From Chrysomallon squamiferum (Eukaryota; Animalia; Mollusca), in the NCBI GenBank assembly GCA_012295275.1, contig CM022673.1, forward strand, positions 27,156,001 through 27,220,000: a stretch of 64,000 nucleotides of DNA, in the 5' to 3' direction. The translations under genes and the position numbers were made by a program. Within the stretch, counting starts at the first letter, position 1, and each line of letters starts with the position of its first letter. Below the pieces are notes generated by a model, which was not told the DNA's origin, ran no database searches, and saw nothing but the letters and a program-made list of their open reading frames with translations. This document shows, piece by piece, positions 24,100 through 39,900 of this stretch.

Positions 24100-26616
24100 T
24101 CACGACTGGTCCTGGTCAGGACTTCCTGATCTGCTGTGCGAGCCTTTAGCAGACGAACCTCTTGATCCACTGCGCGACCTCGACCTGCCGTTTTGTTCAT
24201 CTCTCGTTGCCTCTGGACTCTTGGACTGACTTGCTGATTTCGATCGAGATCGGCTCTCAGACTTCCTAGGAGGACTGCGAGAGGGACTCTTCGACAGGTT
24301 CTTCCTTCTGTCCCGGCTCACGCTCCTGCTCTTGCGTCTGCGCTTGCTGCTGCGGTCGGGGCTTCGCGATCGGCTGCGTCGGCGACGGTCGCGACTTCGG
24401 CTTCTACTGCGTCGTCTGTCTCTCGATCTTGAACGGGATCTGACACAAAGTATTCACAAAACATTACTTTTATATTAGAATAAGGGTTTGTATGGAATTA
24501 TATTTTATTTCTGTATTATTCTGGATTTGTATGAAAGGGTATGTCATTTTGACTGTCATTAATTACAAAATAACCACAAAGATTCCTATGTACTAGACAT
24601 GCCATGTAAATTATTTTTAAATTTATTTCATATTAAATCTGTTGTTGATGAATTTAGCACTGTCATCATTACAGCCAGGCTTTTCACAAAGACTGATCCC
24701 AGTTTCTGTAATATGAGTGTGGACGTGTAATTTCTTTAAACCTTCATATTACATATATTTAATAATAGGCAGGCATCGTGTAGCACAAAATTGAAGAACT
24801 AGTAAGTATGTATGTTTTACCGTCTTCTCCTTCGAGGTGAAGGAGACCTGTATCTCCTGCTAGAGCGCCAACCTCCTCCACCGTATCTGTCCTCTGGACA
24901 GTCTCGAGCCCAGTGTCCTCCTCGGTGACATTTGTAACACTCGTCATTTCCCTGAATGATGACACAAAAACAACTAAATATTCTAATGGGACAGTTATTT
25001 TCTTCATTCCAGCCCAACCCTTATTCGTTTTGTTTTTTTAATTTTATTTTATTATTCTTTTCCTAAAGGAATAATAAATTTGAATACACGTATTTGGGAG
25101 TTATTTTTTTCATTCCAACCCAACCCTTATTTGTTTGGGGGTTTTTAGTTTTATTTTATTATTCTTTTCCTAAAGGGAATAATAAATCTGTATACACATA
25201 TTTGTAGATGAAATTTTAATTTGTGAAAAGAATGGCTTTATATAGTATTTATAATTAAGCAACAAGTTAGTGAATTAATTTATCGACCGTCAAAAATACT
25301 GCATAGAAGCCTGATTACTACTAATGATTATTATTATTATTAAATTTAATTAAATCAACACATCATGATCATATAATTATAGAAAATAATTTTATTCTTT
25401 TAATAACATTTTACATGCAGAAAGTATATGAAACTGTTATACAAATATGCCTGTATTTGGAAAAAACAACACATAAAACAAAACAGTGACAAAAAATGCT
25501 GAAAACAGAAATAATTGTTAAATTTTTTTTTCACCTCTCTTTCCTTATAAAAAGGAATTAATTATAAAAAATGAAAAAAAAAAATAACACAACAAAAAAG
25601 TGACAAAAAATGCTGTAACAGAAATAATTTTTAAATTTTTTTTTCACCTCACTTTCCTTATAAAAAGGAATTAATTATAAAAAATGAAAAAATAAATAAA
25701 TAACAGCACAAAAATTACAAAGAAATGCAAAAATTTTAAAAAGCAAAATTCAAAATGAAAATAATAATCAGAAACATCAAACACATTTTGCTTTAGACCT
25801 CCACTTTAAAATATTCAATCAATATTTAAATCTTTATTGGGCATTTCTGAAATCCTGGATGTCTAATACATTTTTAATGTATAAATATTCAAAAAAGTTA
25901 TTAACTTCGTACCTGCTTATTAAAAAAACGTTTGATCAATACTTTTATCACTTAGGCCTGACAAGCAAAAAATGTAATTGCATGCAGAAAGGAAAATTTA
26001 AAAAAAAGCAACATGTAATTCTATTAGAAATGTGATTTACCCTCACCAAGGAGCGTCTTGGATTTCCCTTTGCCCATTCCACAATGATAGGAGCACCACA
26101 GATTTCTCGACCATTCTCGTACTTCAGACAATCCTGTAGTAAAAAGGTTATATTAGAAAACTAAGCATTTATTGAAAATAATGTTTTAACCTAAAAATGT
26201 TAAAGTGGTTGGGTTTTAAAAAAATACAGATTTACGAATTTCAGTAATGGTAATTACTGCAAAAGTGTTTTGCTTATGTTATAAAAATGTCTAGTAGTTT
26301 AAATATACATCATTCTGAATTTGTTCAGATTGTTATACAGCTAACCGAAAATCAAAACTGTAACTAATAAATGTTGGTTTATAACCTTCCACGTTTTCTT
26401 CAACTTCAAAGAAAATATCTTTTTTTAATGAACATGTCCAATGTATATTTTATTTTTAAAGAAGAATTTAGTAACAAGGTATAAAATAATTTAAAAAAAA
26501 ATGTTTTAAATTTTAAAAAACTCACACCGTGGTATAGATTCAATCTAAAACAGCCTACTTAAAACCCAGGCCAAATAAAAATATGTACATATGCAAATAC
26601 AGATACATATTTTTAC

Positions 26617-26653
<37 letters not shown>

Positions 26654-26874
26654 CACACAAACTGAACGTAAGTAGCGAAGCATCTGATACTAATTATCCA
26701 ATGTTAAGAAAACAAAAACACACATATACACACACACACAAAAAATAACAAAAAAAGCAAGACAAGGAAACAAAATATATATTTTTAAAATAACAGCACA
26801 GAAAAGATTTCACAGAAATGATCAAAATTATATGAAAAAAAAAAAATAAAATAAAATAACTATATAACGATGAT

Positions 26875-26911
<37 letters not shown>

Positions 26912-28419
26912 TTAATAATAAAAAAAATAAAAATAAAATCCGTCAAGCACATACTGAAAGCCACGTAGGTTTGCATGCCACCTGGTCATGGCTTTGATAG
27001 GTCTTGCAACATAGGTCTTGCAACATGGAAGAGGAACATGTAGGCAAGTTCTGCTCAGTCATACAAGATCAATACTTTGGAGGTTATGGAAATGACTGAC
27101 TGTGGGTGTCAACCAGAGACATGGGCCTATGGCACGTGGGACTGGTCTGGCTAAAGGCAAATGTAGTCTTGGTAGCTAAGGGTCATGGTCGTGGCTAAAG
27201 GTCATTGGCACCTGGCTCAATGGAAGGCTTTGGCCTCGGTTCAGAGTGAGTCTGGCTTTGGAAGCTATGTTATTAAGTCAAAATTAATGCAAATGATCCA
27301 AGTGTGTGAAAACTTGTGAAAAAAAAAAAATTAAATAAATAAATAAATAAATAAAATAACATCACTAGGTTATTTTATTAAAAAAATAAATATATATATA
27401 TATATATATATATAAAAAAATAAATAAAAAAGTACTGACCTAATAGTAAAAAAAAAATAAAACATTTTTTTTTTTTTTTTAAATGTATATTGTTAGATAA
27501 GATGTACTTTAAAAGTTTCTTAAAATTACAACTGTTTCTCAAACACTTACCAAACTGAGGGGAAAAAAAACAATCATTTTTAAAATGAAAAAAATAAGAA
27601 GAGGAAAAGTAATGCTTGATGATTTAAAATACAAGTAATACAAATTAAGAATCTTAGGCTGGTTTTAAGACATACTGTGGAATTGATGCAGGTTGGTGGT
27701 TCTTTGGATTTACATAAAGCAAAATATATTTTAATATTCAAAATATATTTTAATATTGATGAATAATATCAATATGAAAACATTTATAATTGACTATGTA
27801 TATACCTCTAAAATAATCATAACAATTAAAAACGTATATTATTTTTCTAACTTAACTATTTGAACATTGCAAGATTTTAAAGAATTATTTTGTTTGTGTA
27901 TTCTATTTTTTATTTTATTTTATTTTTTTATTTCTTTAATTTCTTTACTTTTTGTTATTATGCTTATCTTTTTCAAGTAGCAAACATATAAATTAATATC
28001 AAATGACTTTGAGGTTTAAAGAACATTAAACAGTTTCAAATGAATACATAAAAGTACACAATAAACCTCCCAACTTGCATCAAACCAGTCAGTTCATTAT
28101 GTTCTTATATTATATTAAGTTTTTATAACAAATTTAACCTATTACTAAAAAATAAAAATATACATGTATATAAATATCTGTAAAATTATTTTTATAAAAT
28201 TCTCACCTCTGCATCTCTCCTATCTTCAAAATCAATAAATGCATAGGCTGAAAGGGATATGACAAATCTGATGCTAACACTGACATGAAATATTTATATA
28301 TTTAATAATTATTAACTGTTAAAATGGTTCTGTGACTGAACCCGAATAAATTATTTCACATTCAAACGGATCTTTCAGACACATTATCCTAAATCTGTTT
28401 TATTTCAGCTTTCATTAAA

Positions 28420-28450
<31 letters not shown>

Positions 28451-30175
28451 TGAGAAAGAAAAACTACAAATAATAATAATGAATAATTTTAAATTAAAAC
28501 AATGTATTATGTATCTTTTACAAATTAATATTTATATATAATACTAATATGTATTGAATGTTATAAAAACATTTTATTATTTAAAACATTCTTGCCACAT
28601 ATAATTCCTTAAAGAAAAATATTTTTGATAAATAATAAAAAAAGGCAAATGATAGCTTATAAGTTGTATTCCAAATGGTCTCTTCTGTCACATTTAGAAA
28701 TCATGTGATATTCCAGTAACTGCTGTATGAAAAACCTAACTTGCTACATTGCTTACCCATTTCAGCTCCTGAAAGAAGAATAAACAAATATATATATAAA
28801 GGTTAGCATGTATATCAAGTAAAACATTTACCAAACAAAAGTTTTTTTTAAAAAGAATTGTACATTTTTGTTTTATTAACCATTGCAAAAAAAAAGAAAA
28901 AAAAGAAGGAAGATCAAAGTAAGAAAAACATTTTAGACATAATTTTAATAAGTGTGTATTTTTCTTACAAAAGTGAATTCTCCATTTTTGATTACAAAAA
29001 CTCAAGAAATGCTATGTGCAAATAATGATGTTTATATATCAAACTTAAACTGAACACTTTTGTGACACAGCTCATGCTTTGCTGAACATTACTATAGTTG
29101 TGCTAAACCAAGTAGAATTTTCTAGAGAAAAAGAAGTTTCAAAAATGACAATGATTTCCATTTTTCTTAAAAATAAAACCCTCTTGAGTGACACTACTTC
29201 AGTTAAGGTATTTTTCTGCATTACAAGTGCCTTACAGAGCATATCCCTTTTAAAGAAAAATTATAATAAATTCAAAATTTTATTTTCTGCCATTAGGGCT
29301 TACCCAAGTGTTGTAGTTTGTCCTTTTTAAAACGTTCCACAACAAAACCATTTAGTGATTTAATATTAACAAGAATTATCAAGCTCAAACCATTTTCTAG
29401 ATTCCAGGAAAATCATCCAAATCAGATGGTATGGCATGTAAACAAACCATTATCATAATGCAAGATCACCTGAATGTTCATGTACTATTTTTCTATTATT
29501 TGCATACTGTTAAATTGTTTTAATTCTAAGAAAATTATGATCATTTTAACTGTGTGACTAACAGAAAATGGTCGTATTTTTTCCTATATATTTGTGTTGA
29601 AAAGTGCTAAGACAGATGTCTGAAAAAATAACAGAATAAGTCAGGGTACCAATCATAAACATATTCAAATCACTTTAAGGGATTTTTATTAGCTCTTTCA
29701 ACTTCAAGTGATATGAATAATAATCAGAATATATATATATATATATAGTATATACCATTATTATAATGATTATACGTGGTTTTTTTTTTTTTTTTTTTTA
29801 AACAATAACCAATATGGGAAAAATTTCTTTTAAATTTATGTTAAATGTTTATACCCGTTAATATGACTTGTTTTGTTATTGTTATCAGATATCACGGATC
29901 TCAACTGTTTTATTTATTTTAATTAACACTAATAACAGTAACACAAACAATTATGAACTATTTTTTGTGGAGTGAGACCACTGACAAATCAGCACTGACA
30001 ACATCACTGAATGGATTTACCTGCATCTAATAAAATAGTAATTAATCTACAAACCATATTTGATATCGCATCTGAGCAAACGCCCATATGGTTCAAATAC
30101 TTCTTCTAAATCACGAGTTCTTGTATTTTTACTCAAACGACCAACAAAAAGAAGTCCATCCGCCCTACGCGACAT
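24100..30175 (-). CDS. SR splicing factor paralog A (RRM + CCHC zinc knuckle + RS domain; SRSF7-type architecture, RS2Z-like RRM), ~243 aa
   Basis: Exons 30175-30055, 28768-28757 (12 nt), 28247-28207, 26133-26047 (or 26041), 24951-24821, 24439-24100; all GT-AG and phase-consistent; MSRRADGLLFVGRLSKNTRTRDLEEVFEPYGRLLRCDIKYGAEMAYAFIDFEDRRDAEDCLKYENGREICGAPIIVEWAKGNPR...CYKCHRGGHWARDC...RS repeats. Confidence 0.95.
25005..25205. repeat. ~106-bp tandem duplication in an SR-A intron
   Basis: cattccagcccaacccttattcgttt...attcttttcctaaagg..ataataaat occurs twice. Confidence 0.8.
25485..25695. repeat. ~115-bp tandem duplication in an SR-A intron
   Basis: gtgacaaaaaatgctg...acagaaataatt...cacctc..ttccttataaaaaggaattaattataaaaaatgaaaaa occurs twice. 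Confidence 0.85.
26955..27264 (-). other. Poison (PTC-containing) cassette exon of SR paralog A
   Basis: Acceptor taacatAG|CTTCCAAAG at 27264; in-frame TGA at 27243-27241; donors CAG|GTGGCA (26982) and TCA|GTATGT (26955); homologous to 40093-40417. Confidence 0.85.
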
Positions 30176-30617
30176 TTTTCTTCCGTTGTGTTATGGCTTT
30201 ACTCAATTTTTAGTAAAGCACCAGCTAAAAATAAGGTATTGATTCATTTTCATTTTTAATTTATTTGACACGATATATATATTTTTTTTTTTTTTTTTTT
30301 TTTTGTGAAATTATATGTGTATTTTTCCCCGAAATATAATCAGTTTAAGTAATAAGACAAATAAATTAAATACACTTAATGTAACTTTTAAATACTTTTA
30401 TAACTATACGTAATTACATTTTCTTCTCTATTATTGTGTAACGTGAGTAATCGCTGTGTCAGAAACTTATTAAACTTACAAATACGTTCCAGTACGGATT
30501 AAAAATCATTTAACAAAATAATATAAAAGCCTGTGTAAAATTTCACACTATATTTTCCTTTACAATTTATATTTAATGAACGTCAAATAAACTCTTTTAT
30601 TTAAATACTACTACTAT

Positions 30618-30670
<53 letters not shown>

Positions 30671-32998
30671 ATAATAATAATAATAATAATCCAGTATTCT
30701 TTGCAATCTATATTTAGAAGTCATACATATTACAAAGTAAAAACTAATGACAGCTGGATCAACAGTTCTTTTTAATCATTGGTGGTGTCATATGCTATTT
30801 ATGTGAATGAAATGAATATAAATGGTTTATTGCTGCTAAGGCAGATCAAAATTATCACAAAAAATAGAAAAAGAAATTAGAAAGTAATATTAATAATCTG
30901 TTGTTTCTTGTTATTAACTGAGCCACTATTATGGGCCAAACACATTTTTGTTCTATTTCCTGGTCATAAAATTTCACCAGTTTGTCTGCTCTTGGAGTAA
31001 ATTTGTAGTTCATTGAATCAACTGTGAATGAAACATATCATATCTTTTATAGACTGATATTAATATGAAACCCATAACAGAATATGAAACATCAATAATG
31101 CTGAAACATGGGAACAAAATTCCAGAGTCAATGGTGAAATTTCCCCAATATTATGGGAGTAAAAAAATGTCAATTTTGTTTTCTGGTTTCTAACAATTGT
31201 AGTCAATCGTAAGCAAAGATTATCTCCATTGGCAATACTTGCGAGTTAGGGACGTGGTGGTTTCTTGAAATTAGTAAATGAATAAATAATGTCATGCCCA
31301 GATTCCAGTTTTAAATTAAAGTTTTTTTTTTTTTTTTTTTTTTTCATTGACACTTTTACATTTTCTTGACATGAAAAGTGAATATGTAACAGATTATTTC
31401 TCAAAAAAACAATACAACCAATATTGGCAAATGCAATTCTTTTTCTTCAAAAATTTCTTGAGTTGCATTACACCTTTATGAGTTTTGATAAGAACATATA
31501 GGAAATGTTTTGAAAACTGATTAGTTTTTATTTGCACAGAACAACACAAGAAAAATGAAGATTTCCAAAAACAAAATAAATATTTTATTTTTGATGACAT
31601 ACAAAGAAAAATGCTTGATTTTGTTCCTTTTTTAGTAATAGATGATGATAATGCTATAAAACATTCATGTATAACAGTAAAATATTTTTCTAATAAATCA
31701 CACCATATTACACCAGCAACAACAGGCACAGACATAAATTTAACTTTAGAAATGTATCCCATCCAAATGTATTCCATATAAAAGCAGTCCTGCAATTGAA
31801 TGAACACTAAGAAACATTCGACTTAAATACAATTTTTCCCAGTTTGTTAAAAGATAGCAGCATAATAAGCTTTTTCTAATCTTCTGATTCAATTCAAATT
31901 TAAATATAATACAGCCTGAAACTAACCACAGCAAATTTAATTAAAATTATATACATATAATTTATAGACAAAACAAAACATAAAATTGAATCTGAAAAAC
32001 AATCTCATGTTCAACAAGATGTTTACTCCAGACCACTGAAATTAATTGTAACTAATTTTCAGTTGGGTTTCATTAATCTAATATCATGTTTTGATGTTGT
32101 TAAAAATAAAAAAAATAATGATAATAAATTGTACGCACTGATAATGAATGTGGCTATGCAAACATGAGGTAAGAGTTTGAAATATGCAATACTAGAAAAA
32201 AACTAAACAAAATACTGGTTTTCACGTGGGTACTGTTTTGATGAAAAAACTGAAATGTGGTCTTCTTACAAATGTGGAAACCTCGTGGATTTCCCTGCAT
32301 GTGTGATCCATGAATTCATGCCTAACAAATCCAACCTTTGTGGTCCCAAATCCTTTAAATAATGACAGCAACAGAAAATATTTTCCCAGTATATACACAT
32401 ACCTATTGGAGATTAAGAAAAGTTTTTTTTAACGTTCAGATTCCTTATCGCAAATTAAACTAGTAAAAGTACAATAGCATTTACAGCCACAGGAAATGTT
32501 TACACCTAATAATTACAACCAAGTGTTTCCTATTTATCTAAGTAAACAATGCCAACAAAATCCAGAATATTTAATCAAATATTTATGCCCAAGTTTAAAC
32601 ACTAACTACTAGGCAAAAATATATACAGCTTACCAGCTGCTTCTTTTTTTAACAATTGTTTTCCTGTTTTTACAAAATCATTTAGCTGACACAAGATTAA
32701 TTTCTTTAAAATTATTTAGAGTCATATATTCTTGCCCTCTTTTTATACAATCAACACTTCATCATAAAATATCTGTCATGTATTTCTCAGGTCTCGTCTC
32801 AGTAACTGAATCATTATTATAAATATATTTACAGAATGAAATGTCAATGACATTAAGTAATAACTTAAAGTATCATTCTCCTTTCTTTCTCAATCAAAAG
32901 TTCTCTTTCTAATTATATATTTCACTGTTCGCCTATATCCACTCTTGTTGTAACTTTCATTCAACTTTAAACTGTTCCAAATAATGCTGATGCAGGAT

Positions 32999-35990
<2,992 letters not shown>

Positions 35991-36953
35991 TTGTTATTTA
36001 TTAATTAACTTTCGTTTACTAATATGGATATTATAAGAAATCATCAAACGTATACGACGTGTACCGATGACTCAATATACCAACAACATAGTCTAGATTC
36101 CGCTTTAGCAAATGACGTTGTAACCAGTCACGAAAGTAGGCCTCATGGCTAATCAACTTAATGCATGTCGCAGATGTCAGTATTTCCGTAATTCTGACAA
36201 AATAAATTAATAAATAAAAATATACACAATCTATGTAAACTCATTTTCAAGTTAATAAACAAAAACTGTAACAGAAATGGAGGGAAGCATACATGCACTT
36301 TATATAAAATATACATATTTTAAAGAAAAGATAAAATAGTGCATCAACGATCACATCTTTCTTTTGAAGTCAAAAGTGTATTTTAAGATGATATACATAT
36401 TAATAGATTTTCAGTTATTTGTTGAAAATAATTAGTTAATAATTGGTAGTTTAAAAAGAAAGAAAGTTAGAAAAAAAAAAAAAAAAAAAAAAAAACACGT
36501 AATTCAAACCTTTTTACGGAAATAAAATAAGATTAAGGATTTCAATGTATTTAATTAATCATTGGTCATAGTTTTATTATTTTAATACATCATTACAAAA
36601 ATATTATTCAAAAGAGCTATATCCTAAAAAATAAAAAAATGTGTAACCTTTTAACGAAATGTTACACCTGTTACAATTCATACACCTGTAAATCTTTTAC
36701 AGTTCTTGGAAACTAAATCATTTGCAATGTTTTTATTTTTATTTTTGTGTTTTACTTCTTTCTTTTTTTTTTCATTTATATTTATAAAAAAAGAAAATGA
36801 TTGCTGAAATTATCTTCAGCCATTTACACAAATGTGAAGAGTATCAATTTCTTGTAAAGTTCTTTAGAAATACGACTTTTCACTGCTATTTAAACGAATA
36901 TGAAAAACCGAGGAGGAACAGACACGACAGAAGAAACAGAAGAAAATAGAAAA
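35991..36953. promoter_or_regulatory. Probable bidirectional promoter region between ARL1 and SR paralog B
   Basis: Divergent ATGs 963 bp apart; locally more CpG near 36050-36190 and 36870-36930. Confidence 0.55.
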
Positions 36954-39900
36954 ATGTCTCGCAGGTCAGACGGGCAGCTTTTTGTTGGTCGGCTAAACAA
37001 ATCAACACGAGTTCGTGATCTTGAGGAACTGTTTGAACCATATGGGCGTATGATAAGATGCGACATAAAATATGGTTTGTTGTTTAACGTTTTTAGCAAT
37101 AGTTATAAAACAAAGGACGCTTCATTCCTCTTGAAAAAGAAAAAAGAAGCCATTTTGTTTTTCATTGATTGAAAACATTTTAATTTATTGTTTTATGTGA
37201 TCATAAGTGGTAGGATTTCATTTTAAAGATATTTTATAGGTCATGTTGTAGAAAAGACGAGGAATCTTGTTCCAATTTCATTTAGCTTCATTTTTGACCA
37301 TTTATGCTTACTCCTCATTAAGATTTTAGAGTCACCAGAATTTCCGAAATGGCGGAATGGGCGGAAACTGCCCAAAATTATAGTTTTGGTATATTTATAG
37401 ACTAACAAAACATGACAAAATTAAATAAATCATTTGAAAGATATTTTAATTTTTTTTTATTTTTTTTTTACTCGGGCTTCTTAAGGCATGAATCAAATTA
37501 CTTTCGTGTTTATCAAACGTGATACAATTTTTTTTTTTTTTTTTAAATTATATTTCCCGTAGGCTACCGTGTTCTTCCTGTAAGTTTGAGCCAACAAAAA
37601 CAAGAAAATTTGATTAAATTATTAAAAGCTAACCTCATATCATTACTGAGGAAACAAATCATAGAGCTCAACTTTTGTTTAAAACTTTAAGCATCACAAC
37701 AAGCATTTTGGTAATCACATGATCTGTTTCCATTAATCTTCAAAATTATAAATTACCTTATTTAAACAACAAAATTTTGGAACAGTTAGTGGACATGTTT
37801 TATGTGCTCTCATCCAACTTTTATTCCATAAATGAGCAAACTGGGCAACGATAAAGTATAACACTAGGAATCGGGATAACATTTACAAAGCCCAGTAATC
37901 TTTAAAAAAATAATAAAAAAATAGTTGGAAAAAGCTTAGGAGCAAGTGAATATGTTGAATATTAAGGAGGTAACAGCAGTGTCAAAAGTCAGTAATTGGT
38001 TCTTATTTTTGTCCACTTAAACACGATTTAAAACAGAAACATTTTTCTGAGCAAAACCAGGCATTAAAACCAAAAATTATGATATGAAAAAAGAAATTTG
38101 GTTGAACAACCCATTTGTAAACAAGCAGCCTGTATTATTTTAAAATCTTGAGACAAGACAGTTACAGATGAAAAATATCAATATAAAATATGAAACATCT
38201 TTTTACCATCATTCTTATGTAAAATATTCCATCCTCAAATATACGGGTGAAGTGGAACAGCCAATTATGTGCAAAATGGCCACTGCATAGTGATTATCTT
38301 TGCATACCTTACATATATGACAAATTTAGAAAACAAAATAAAAATGTCAGTTGTCAATACATTTACATAGTTGCATGGTTTACGGTGCATCAGTAGTGAC
38401 AAGAAATAATTATTCTACAGTATTAATTGTATGTATTTTATAGGTGTTAACTGCTGGGTTAAATGTTAAATGGCAGTATTGGAAATATTTGTTACTTATT
38501 TGTTTTATTTTAACCTCACATATCGTTCTCTGCAATAAAAACCATTCACTGAAGCCCCTCAGGAGAATTTTACAAGTCATAGAAATATACCACCATCTAT
38601 TTTATAATGCAGCTGTTCACATTTCTGAAAGTTCAACAAGCATTAACTGAATTCTATTTTTTATTTTATTTCTCCAAAACAATCAAAATCCACTAAACCC
38701 ACCATTAAAAACAGCAGAGGAGGTAACTTAGGGTTGTTTTATTTATATATTATATATATTTTTAAATTTTTGATGTTTTTCAATAACAGCAGTCTGAGAT
38801 CATGTAACAATGTTTACACTCAGAAGCAGAGGTTTACATTATTTACTAAGGATATAAAAATAAATAAAAGGTTCACATACTTACTATGACATTTACAGTA
38901 TTTTATTTTATTTTTCAGGAGCTGAAATGGGTAAGAAACGTGAAGACACATCGTCTGGTTTGGAATACAAAATTTTCATTTGTTACTAATTTTGGAATTA
39001 CATTAATTGGGAATAGAATATTTTTAATTTTACAAACACATCTTAATAAGTGTAGCTAAATATATAATTGTTCATTTTAAGAAACATTTGTTGAATTGTT
39101 TGTTCCCTAAAGGCACTTGTAAGTTGGATGAATTCATAAAACATGAGAAGTTAATGGGATCTCCCATAAGTCATAACATATTTAGCTGAACTGCTTTTGC
39201 CTTGCATATAATAAGAGTAGGATACATTTTATAACTTTGAAAATCAAAAGTGTATTTTCTTAAATCATAAATAATAGCATTCTCTCAAAAAATGTAAATA
39301 CAGAATGTTAAAAAATTTACAGTACAAAAAGAATGATTTATTATGTTGTCCTTGCTTAATATATTTTCAGCTTATGCTTTTATTGATTTTGAAGACAAAA
39401 GAGATGCTGAGGTAAGATGTTGTTATGTACCTTGCAGATAATGTTTCAGTATTTAAAAAAACAAAAAAAACAGCTTTAATAAAATGAATTTCAGCAATTG
39501 AGTCATTTTTTTAAAAGTATGTTAATTATATGTAATTTGTATTTTTGTATGGAATTTACAAAAGTGAAAGCAAACGGTAACATGAAGGTTGATTTAGTAT
39601 TTGACCAGTTTGACATTTAAGCACTAGTTAATTAATATTTAAAAAAAGTTTTTTGGTATTTTAAAACATGGTTGTCCATGTTGATTGACTTCAGAGTTTA
39701 TTTACTTTATTTATTTATTTTTAATTTTAAGCATTATCTGATCAGTATAAATGTACACAATTCTGGTACAATTATAGCAGATAGTGTACATTATATTAAA
39801 ATTTTCCCACTTGGTCTTAATTTTTCTTGTTGAAAATTAATTCCTTAATAATCGGTAATGATTTTCGGTATATTTTTTTTTCTGAAAGAAAACAAATAAT

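Noticed and set aside
36900-36953. In-frame upstream ATG extending SR-B (MKNRGGTDTTEETEENRK)
   Set aside because: No counterpart in paralog A, which starts MSRR at the homologous ATG; probably 5' UTR or upstream of the TSS
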